From NCBI GenBank assembly GCA_951406725.2, contig OX597841.1, positions 19,220,001 to 19,284,000 on the forward strand: 64,000 nucleotides of DNA, in the 5' to 3' direction. The position numbers and the translations under genes were made by a program. How positions within the stretch are numbered: the stretch's first letter is position 1; the number at the start of each line of letters is the position of its first letter. This stretch comes from Octopus vulgaris. Lineage: Eukaryota. The notes under the pieces are model-generated. The model did no database searches. It was given only the letters and a program-made list of their open reading frames with translations, and was not told where the DNA came from. This document shows, in pieces, positions 54,805 through 64,000 of the stretch.

Positions 54805-56554
54805 AGAATAAAGACATTGTGAGTCGGAGTCAGTATGGTTTTACTGACTCCAGCTACCCCTTAGTTGTTTTCGACTCTGACTCCACAGCTTTGGAAGAAT
54901 GAAGGCGGGAGATATAGAAAGACGCTAGAAGAGATCCTAGTTTGATCCGTTATGATGCTGAAAGGAAGCTGTTTACCAATGTAGCAGAGAAAACCGAGCT
55001 GTGATGAGAAGAAAGAATAATGGTTTTGAAAAGAAAGAGGCATCAAAATGTTACTGTGAGCATGAGATGAGAATCTTCCTGATGTGGACCCAGCAGAAGG
55101 AGCTACTGTCCTAGTTGGCAGCAGCATGATGGATAAAGTCATTAGGGATACGAAGACAAAGCCATTGCCCCCCCCCCTCCCAGGAATTAGTTCTGTGATG
55201 CTTAAAATATTTGGTAGAACAGGATAGAAACTAGTGACTCATAGAGTTGATCAGGCTTTACAGGAAGGTGTCATCCGCAGCGACAGGTGTAAGAGCATTA
55301 GAGTCAACTGTTACAAGGGTAAAGGAGATACCTTCGAGAGCAATAGTATAAAGGTACCAAATTAGAGAAAGAGGTTTCTAGCCTGAATAATTTGGAAGAG
55401 AGTTGGCGTAGATGAGAAACGCTTTGGTTTTCTGCAGCACTACAGATGCCATCTTCCATGTGAGACAACTGGGAGAAGTATTTGACCCTTTCATTACCAA
55501 CACAGCTGAAAAATTTGGGGGCTTAAACAACCCAACCTGGCTGAGCGAACCCATTGACATTTAAATGTGAGTTTCTGTGCAAATCTCGTTAGTACGTTCA
55601 TGAAAACACATGATTTCACTTTGTAAATAGTCAAGTTAGAGTATCTGTCATTGTTTGATGTGATAGCCAAGCTCTGCAAATTTTGGGAGATTTTTTTTTC
55701 TACATACTTTCTTTGGTGAAAATTTTTCAACTTTTAAAATGGATAAACTGTTTCATGCTGTGGAGCAGTGATTTGAATCTGAGGGCTTTTAGGCAAAAAA
55801 TATGGAGAAATCAAGCAAATGTTAAGCTTGTAAGCTTGTTTGAAGTGATCTCTATGGAAACCAACTATTATGCAGAAAGTAAACAAACCAAGAAAAAAAG
55901 ATAGTTTGTGGTTTACCTGTATTTACCTGTAATTAGAGTCATTTTGAGACAAAAGTTGTGCAATAGGCGCAGGAGTGGCTGTGTGGTAAGTAGCTTGTTT
56001 ACCAGCCACATGGTTCCGGGTTCAGTCCCACTAAATGGCACCTTGGGCAAGTGTCTTCTACTGTAGCCTCGAGCCAACCAAAGCCTTGTGAGTGGATTTG
56101 GTAGACGGAAACTGAAAGAAGCCCGTCGTGTGTATGTTTGTGTGTCTGTGTTTGTCCCCCTAGCATCGCTTGGCAACCGATGCTGGTGTGTTTATGTCCC
56201 TGTCACTTAGCGGTTCGGCGAAAGAGACCGATAGAATAAGTACTGGGCTTAGATAAGTACCGGAGTCGATTTGCTCGATTAAAGGCGGTGCTCTCTTCCG
56301 TTAGCTCTTCTATAGGTCATAACTAGTAATACTTCTCAGTATAGAAGTTACTTAGACAACCATACAGGAAGCAGACAGCATTAGGACATTCTCCATGCAG
56401 CTCTGAACGTGACAACAGCAGTCATGTATCTATTGGTATAAACAATTCCTGCTTTGTGTGTGTGCGCTAGTGCCACGTAAAAAGCACTGAGTCCACTCTG
56501 CTGAGTGGTTGGTCTTAGGAAGGGCATCCAGCCATAAAAACCCCTGCCAAAAAC

Positions 56555-57040
56555 ACTGTCACCATGGGTCACCATGATGAGTGCTTTTTACGTGTCACCA
56601 TTACGAGTGCCTTTTACGTGTCACCGTGATGGATGCATTTTATGTGCCACTGTGATGGGTGCTTTTTATGCCCCACTGTCACAGGTGCCCTTTGTGGGTC
56701 ACCATGAGTGCTTTTTACGTGTCACCATGATGGGTGCATTTTATGTGCCACTGTGACGCATGCCTTTTATGCGCCACTGTCACAGGTGCCCTTTGTGGGT
56801 CACCATGATGAGTGCCTTTTACGTGTCACCGTGATGGGTGCATTTTATGTGCCACTGTGACGCATGCCTTTTATGCGCCACTGTCACAGGTGCCCTTTAT
56901 GGATCACCATAATGAGTGCTTTTTACGTGTCACCATCACGAGTGCCTTTTATGTGTCACCGTGATGGGTGCATTTTATGTGCCACTGTGACGCATGCCTT
57001 TTACGCGCCACTGTCACAGGTGATTTTTATGTGCACAGTT
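56555..57040. repeat. Minisatellite of about 24-bp units (gtgcyttttaygtgtcaccrtgatgg) with higher-order periodicity
   Basis: Seen directly. The unit resembles the RTE 3'UTR motif ggtgctttttacgtgccacc. Confidence 0.85.
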
Positions 57041-58216
57041 ATGGGTACATCATACAGAATTTCTGCCAGCACTGGTTTGTTCTGATCACTTCAAGTGGAT
57101 GGAACTTGAGGAAGACACAGGAAGACGTGGGACGAAGTGTTTGAAAGCTGATCCTGAGTTGTTCTACCTGTCTGGCTCCTGTTGACCGTCCTACCTATCC
57201 ATGCTTGGAAGCTGGATGTTAAACAATGCTGGTAGTGATGGTGATGGTGATATTGTGTGGTAAGTAGCTTGCTAACCAACCACATGGTTCCGGGTTCAGT
57301 CCCACTGCGTGGCATCTTGGGCAAGTGTCTTCTGCTATAGCTCCGGGCCGACCAATGCCTTGTGAGTGGATTTGGTAGATGGAAACTGAAAGAAGCCCGT
57401 CGTCTATATGTATATATATATATATATGTATGTGTTTGTGTGTCTGTGTTTGTCCCCCTAGCATTGCTTGACAACCGATGCTGGTGTGTTTACGTCCCTG
57501 TCACTTAGCGGTTCGGCAAAAGAGACTGATAGAATAAGTACTGCACTTACAAAAAGAATAAGTCCTGGGGTCGATTTGCTCAACTAAAGACGATGCTCCA
57601 GCATGGCCGCGGTCAAATGACTGAAACAAGTAAAAGAGTATATATACTTATGATGATTGCTGTATCTTGCCAGATGATAGCCATCTCACATTCAAAAGAT
57701 GTTGAGACATCTCAATGTCATTGGATTACTGATTATTCTGTCAATTTGTTGCTTATTTATTCCTACCCTATTGAATTTATCGTGTACCTTTGAACATTTC
57801 AACGTTGTGTTTGTATATTTTTAGAATGACATTGTAAGTTAGGAGCGAGGAGTCTGATCTGGTCAGTTTGAACATAAAACAGGTAGAATATTTGGGCTGG
57901 ATTATGGCTGGCCAGATTAAATGCTAATGGATTAAATGACGAAAGCTTGTCCAACACTTTTGCTCCTCTGTCTCTTGGTCACCATAAAAGGTTCCAGTGA
58001 CTGGCAACTATTTTGGACTACAAGTTTTTTGCCAGAATACCTTTCTCTTAGAAGAGCTGCTTTCCCCATGGCTTTGTCAGAAATATCCAGAACCTCCTTT
58101 ACTCATAGAAATTTTGTTTAATCCTTTAGCATCTTGTAATAATTCTGCTTGTTTCTCCTTTACTTTGTCCTCCGTAACACTTTCACATGATTTGTGAAAT
58201 CTGTAAGTTTTTTCTT

Positions 58217-58446
58217 TTAACCCTTTCGTTACCGTATTTCTGTTGAGATGCTCTGTGTTTCTTTCAATTAATTTTAAATATAACAAAGAATTTAGTAAAA
58301 TAACTTAGTTATCATTAAGCTAGTGTTAGGAACATAAATTGTGACTAAGGTTTGGTGGAAGATTTTAATTCAGAACTTACGAAAACAAGACATTTGTACT
58401 ACAGAACCAGAGGTGGTTTCAGCCAGATTGGTATCAAAAGGGTTAA
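58217..58446. mobile_element. piggyBac-like MITE, complete copy
   Basis: TTAA-ccctttcg...aaaaggg-TTAA. Confidence 0.85.
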
Positions 58447-59422
58447 AGACACCTCTACATTTGGGCAGATGGACATTAGAAGGAACTGAGAGGGTGTGAA
58501 TTGAAGAAAATTTAGGCTATTATTTCTAGCTTATAGAGTGACCACATTGAGGTCTCCTCTCATGTCTTCTGCTGATTATTTTTCTTCTTAACCCTTTCGT
58601 TACTGTATTTCTGTTGAGATGCTCTGTGTTTCTTTCAATTAATTTTAAATATAACAAAGAATTTAGTAAAATAACTTAGTTATCATTAAGCTAGTGTTAG
58701 GAATATAAATTGTGACTAAGGTTTGGTGGAAGATTTTAATTCAAAACTTATGAAAACAAGTGGACACATTTCCTCATAGTTTTCTTGTTAGTTTTGCCTT
58801 TAAATTTTCTGCTTTTCTAGTGCCCACCTTTTATATTGTGAATCACAATCCTTCCGTTGATGCATGTTTATATTTATGTACACATATGCGCAGGAGTGGC
58901 TGTGCGGTAAGTAGCTTGTTTACCAACCACATGGTTCCGGGTTCAGTCCCACTGCGTGGCACCATGGGCAAGTGTCTTCTACTATAGCCTTGGGCCGACC
59001 AAAGCCTTCTGAGTGGATTTGGTAGACGGAAACTGAAAGAAGCCCGTCCTATATATGTATATATATGTATGTGCGTGTATATTTGTGTGTCTGTGTTTGT
59101 CCCCCTAGCATTGCTTGACAACCGATGCTGGTGTGTTTATGTCCCCATCACTTAGCGGTTCGGCAAAAGAGACCGATAGAATAAGTACTGGGCTTACAAA
59201 GAATAAGTTCCGGGGTCAAGTTGCTCGATTAAAGGCGATACTCCAGCATGGCCGCAGTCAAAATGACTGAAACAAGTAAAAAAAAAAAAATAAGGTTGGG
59301 CATAAAAGATAATCAGAGTTGAAGAAAGTCCTGGTTTTGTGGATTTGTTTATGGTTGACCTCAGCTTCGCAGGAAGTGACCCACACTCTTGGTTTTGTGA
59401 CCTTCCTCTGCAGAACATAGAA

Positions 59423-59955
59423 ATCATCATCGTCATTGTTCGACCGTGGTTGAGACAATGGAATTTACCATGCTATGCCAGACCTCACGCTCCATCATGG
59501 CATTACGGAGGTCCTGTTGCTGGATGCCTGTATCCCTGGAGATTACATCAGGGTAGGAGAGTGTGCGCCCTCTGGTGTTGCGAGTAGATGGCTTCCAGAG
59601 GAGAAGAGTAGAAATTGCCTCTTTTTCAGCTCTACAACAATGTCCAGCAAACTGGACTCTCCTACCTTTCACAAGAGATGACACAGGTGGTAGTTTCCCA
59701 TATATTTGCATTTTGGTTGGATGACGCTTCCACGAGAGATTTTGAGCTCTCATAAGAAGGCGAGTGTAGGTTCCATCCAACTGCCTCTCAAGCTTCTTTG
59801 ATAACGTCCAGGTTTCTGAGCCATAGAGTAGAATTGGTTCAACTGTGGCTTTGAAGATTTCAAGTTTGAAGTCTCTACTTAGATTGGATGACCAGATCTT
59901 ATGCATGTCATTACAGGCTGACCAGGCCATACCCTTTCTAGTTAGAAAATCCATA
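59423..59955 (-). mobile_element. 5'-truncated RTE LINE (third family)
   Basis: C-terminal part of ORF 59433..60062 is nearly identical to ORF 53525..54022. Confidence 0.88.
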
Positions 59956-60346
59956 GAGAATGGAACCTGCAGCATCCAGTTCTGAAACTGCAATGGACTG
60001 CTGCTGACCCGGTTATGGTTTTGAGTGACTCCTTCTGAAGTCTGTCCATCATGCGTGGCCACTCTCCATTTGCAGGTTCAGGCATTGAGGTTTGCTGTAG
60101 CCATCATCTGCTTGCTCCACCGTTGGGATCTTCGGGAGTTGGTCACGCTTAGTCAGGGTCCTCATCCTCAACCTTGCCGCCAAGGGTCGCATGACCAGGT
60201 GTTCGGAACTCCCGACAGCATCGCTCTCAGACTCATTCATTCCCCAACAACAAGCAGTGACACACACACACACACACACACTTATATGTATACAAACAAA
60301 ATATTTATCTGTCTGTCTTACCCCACCCATATGTTTATTGTTTTAG

Positions 60347-60464
60347 GAGACACAAGTATTAACAGACGCAGACATCCTGAAGAAATTTGCCCAGAAAGTT
60401 ACAACATCGAATCGGAATGAGAGAATTGAATTACTAAAATTGGTTAAGAAGTCAGCAGCTAATG
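60347..60464 (+). CDS. GCN1: GCN1 (eIF2-alpha kinase GCN2 activator) coding exon 2
   Basis: Acceptor tttattgttttAG and donor G|GTAAGT. Translates ETQVLTDADILKKFAQKVTTSNRNERIELLKLVKKSAAN(G), matching the GCN1 N-terminus as I recall it (human ...DTQVSETLKRFAGKVTTASVKERREILSELGKC). Not in the ORF track. Confidence 0.85.
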
Positions 60465-60500
60465 GTAAGTGCATACTTGCAGACATCCATACAATCATAT

Positions 60501-60802
60501 ATCACCGTGACCGACCAGGCTATCAGATGTTGCTACACATCGCTGGTCACAATGCGCTTCGCATTGTTTTAGCCTTCAAATGATGCCACCCCGCTGGCTA
60601 AGCGAGCAGGCCAAGAGAAGAAAGGGTGAGAGAAAGTTGTGGCGAGAGAGTACAGCAGGGATCACCACCACCCCTGCCGGAGCCTCGGGGGGCTTTAAGT
60701 GTTTTCGCTCACTAAACACTCACAACGCCTGGTCTGGGAATTGAAACTGCGATCCTACAACCGCGATTCTGCTGCCCTAACCACTGGGCCATTGCGCCTC
60801 CA
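60501..60802 (-). mobile_element. SINE family C with RTE-like tail
   Basis: Inverted homolog of 62584-62885. Confidence 0.85.
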
Positions 60803-61903
60803 CACACACACACATATATATATCATCATCATCATCATTTATCGTCTGCTTTCCATGCTAGCATGGGTTAGACGGTTCAAATGGGGTCTGGGAAGCCAGA
60901 AGGCTGCACCAGGCCCAGTCTGATCTGACAAAGTTTCTACGGCTGGATGACCTTCCTAATGCCAACCACTCCGTGAGTGTAGTGGGTGCTTTTTACGTGC
61001 CAGACGGGGCTGGCAAACGGCCACTGTCGGATGGTGCTTTTTACGTGCCACCGGCACGGGGGCCAGGCGAGGCTGGAAACAGCCACGATCAGAAGGCGCT
61101 TTTTACGTGCCACCAGCATGGAGGCCAGTTGGGGCGCCGCTGGCAACGGCCACGATCGGATGGTTCGCTTACGTGCCACCGGCATCACAGCTGCAATTTC
61201 CATTGATGTTGATCAACTTCGATTTTGGTTCTGATTTCCACTTGACTCAACAGGTCTTCACATACATACAATCATATATATATATACACACACACGCATC
61301 TATACAAACGTATATCGTCCTTTAACGTCTGCTTTCCATGCTGGCATGGGTAAGACGGTTTGGCTGAAACTGGTAAGCAGAGAGCTGCACCAGGTTGCAG
61401 TCTGGTTTGGCATGATTTCTACAGCTAGATGCCCTTTCTAATACCAACCACTCCAAGAGTATAGTAGGTGCTTTTTATGTGCCAGTTACTTGAGTGCAGC
61501 ATCGGCCACAACTATGATTACACTTGGTTTGACAAATCTTCTGAAGCATATATATATAATTAGCATTTTGATTATTCTGTCTAATTTAATGTTTATTTAT
61601 TCACGTTGTTTTGAATTAGTCCTGAATGATTTTGGGATTTCAATAACATGATGGTTGAATTTTAGAATGAGAATATGGGGTTGGCGTGAGAAGCGGGATC
61701 TGGCCAGTTTGAACAAAAGACCAATAAAATATTTGGGCCGGACATGGCCCCCTTTGAATTAATTATCTATCATCTCATAGTTTTGAGATTTCAATGATGT
61801 GATTGTTTATGTTTAGAATGACAGTGTAGGGTAGGTGTGATAAGCCAGATTTGGCTGGTTTGAATAGTAAAGGGTTAATATATATACAGATTTGAATGTG
61901 GGC

Positions 61904-61943
<40 letters not shown>

Positions 61944-62025
61944 ATAAATATTAGGGAATAAATCCAAACTTACAGGGAAAAATTAGATTTAGGATTAAAT
62001 CCAATTTTATAGTATAAATATATTA

Positions 62026-62340
62026 TATTATATTATATTAAATTAGAGATAAAACCATTATTAGGCAAATCAAACAGTGAAAAACATAAGCCAATATATA
62101 AAATTAATTTAAAAATATAATTAATTAATAAATAAAATAATATATAAATATAAAAATATACATACATACCTATATATATATATATTTGTATATATATATA
62201 AAATTTACAAGTTAAATTATTTAAATAATTTTTTATTTTTAACTTTTATATTTTAAAATTAATTTTATGTATTGGCTTATATTTTTCACTGTTTGATTTG
62301 CCTAATAGTGGTTTTATCTCTAATTTAATATAATATAATA
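62026..62340. mobile_element. AT-rich inverted repeat (about 95-bp arms: 62026-62120 and 62246-62340); probable Penelope-like fold-back terminus
   Basis: Arms are reverse-complementary with few mismatches. Shares aatagtggtttt(g/a)tctctaat with the hammerhead element near 9990. (TA)n flanks. Confidence 0.65.
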
Positions 62341-62385
<45 letters not shown>

Positions 62386-62507
62386 GGAGTTAAACGATGA
62401 TGATGATGACGACCTTATTTTTTGTTCTATTTTCAACCAAAACTGTTTGATGAACAGAAACGCAGAAACGTAACAGTTTTTGTGATGAATTTACAGCTTT
62501 ATTATAA

Positions 62508-62541
<34 letters not shown>

Positions 62542-62583
62542 CATACATATCATACATTCATATGTATGTATATATATGTGTGT

Positions 62584-62885
62584 GTGGAGGCGCAATGGTC
62601 CAGTGATTAGGGCAGCGGACTCACAGTCGTAGGATCGCGGTTTCGATTCCCAGACCGGGCGTTGTGTGTGTTTATTGAGCGAAAACACCTAAAAGCTCCA
62701 CGAGGTTCCAGCAGGGGGTGGTGATCCCTGCTGTACTTTTTCACCACTTTTTCTCTCTTTCTTCTGTTGGCCTGCTCACTTAGCCAGCGGGGTGGCGTCG
62801 TTCGAAGGCTAAAACAATGCGAACGCATTGTGACCAGCGATGTGTAGCAACATCTGATAGCCTGGTCGGTCACGGTGATCACAGT
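62584..62885 (+). mobile_element. SINE family C with RTE-like tail
   Basis: tRNA-like head; tail ...tgtgaccagcgatgtg...ctggtcggtcacggtgat. Confidence 0.85.
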
Positions 62886-63049
62886 GATATGTATATAGAT
62901 ATCATTGTCATTGTTTAACGTCCGTTTTCCATGCTAGCATGGGTTAGATGGTTCGACCGGGATCCGGGAAGCCAGGAGGCTGCACCAAGCTCCAGTCTGA
63001 TCTGGCAGTGTTTCTACAGCTGGATGCCCTTCCTAACGCCAACCACTCT

Positions 63050-63375
63050 GGTCTTCTCGGTTAATTTTCCTTTGATGTTGCTGCACCTCTTATGTATCCA
63101 TAGCTTATACTGGGTGCATCTTATGGGGTTTCTACCTACACCTTCTATACAGATCGAGCAGGGGCACCTACCTGAGGGTGTGTGTGATGAGTTCGCCTTC
63201 CTACTTACTAGAACTTTGGTACGTTGACCCCTAAGGCCTTTTGATTCTAAACCTAGGTTCCACACCCGAAATTTCTTTTCTAGTTCTGGTAGTGATTCTG
63301 CTATGAGGGCCAGGTTATCAGCATAGAGGGGCTCCCAGGGGTAACCCATCTTGAATTCCTCTGTTATTGCCTGAA
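63050..63375 (-). mobile_element. RTE-like LINE fragment (RT motif followed by PHD finger)
   Basis: ORF 63014..63553: ...PLYADNLALIAES...GLR..RTKVLV...SGRCPCSICIEGVGRNPIRCTQYKLWIHKRCS. Confidence 0.8.
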
Positions 63376-64000
63376 GAATTCTATATATATGTGTGTGTGT
63401 GTGTGTTTGTCTCCCGACATTTCGTGACCGACAGCACCACATGAGCACTTTTACATGACACTGCCATGAATGTTTTATACCACCAGAGGAATCGGTCTTA
63501 ATGCTTCTTTTGTGGAGTATGGGTTTTCCTGAATACGGCAAGGCGCCAGGCATCTCGGTCTTTTGTCATCTCACCTGGAAAGTTCAACTTCCTAAGATCG
63601 TCCTTCAGTACTTCATCCTATGTCTCCCTGGGTCTCCAACTTCCACATGTTCCATCCACTATGAATGTCTTTGAATAACCAGTCACTCATCTGGGAAGGC
63701 CTTGAAATCAATGTTACCATCTGGGGACTATGTGTGACCCAGCGATAATAAAAAGACTGAAAGGAGATCTGCAATCAAATAACTTTACTCAACACTTTGC
63801 AACTGAATGAGTGGAGGCAAAGATGCCTCTCACTTACTTGACAATTTATGCACCACATTGCAGAGATCGGCACTTAATCAGTGCAGCCCAAATTTGGAAA
63901 CAATTGGAACAACATGGAAAAAATATGAAATTTGTGGCAGCGACCAGAGAGATCCTAATTATTTGCTAACGAGGTTCCTTTGGTCAAACATCCAAAATAT

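Larger units (their letters stand above)
53130..55470 (+). pseudogene. Heavily decayed RTE ORF2 (AP endonuclease to early RT) with nested insertions
   Basis: LADEQKDQFYTAL...VIAAGDFNGH endonuclease motif; many stops downstream. Confidence 0.65.

Noticed and set aside
60025-60420. 131-aa ORF overlapping GCN1 exon 2
   Set aside because: Wrong frame and runs through repeat and intron sequence; the spliced frame gives the GCN1 match.

Overview
Repeat-saturated animal genomic DNA. The SINE families and microsatellite load suggest a cephalopod, probably Octopus (inference, not a database match). Nearly all listed ORFs are microsatellite or transposon artefacts. One host gene is recognisable: the first two coding exons of GCN1 on the + strand (49748-49768, 60347-60464), separated by a 10.6-kb intron. 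The rest is tRNA-derived SINEs (three or more families), RTE, CR1 and R4/Dong LINE fragments, mariner/piggyBac/Helitron non-autonomous elements, and a decayed Penelope-like (Naiad-type) ORF. Highlights: (1) at least seven hammerhead-ribozyme loci of different sequence in short AT-rich Penelope-like termini sitting in microsatellites, including two long palindromes with back-to-back hammerheads and two with unusually long stem II; (2) four convergent SINE pairs whose conserved tail motifs lie 295-304 bp apart despite unrelated spacers; (3) an RTE LINE with a twin-priming 5' inversion; (4) a SINE and a LINE sharing a 3' end; (5) CpG-rich unique islands with tandem CRE and CLEAR/E-box motifs and minus-strand splice donors, suggesting an unannotated leftward transcript.
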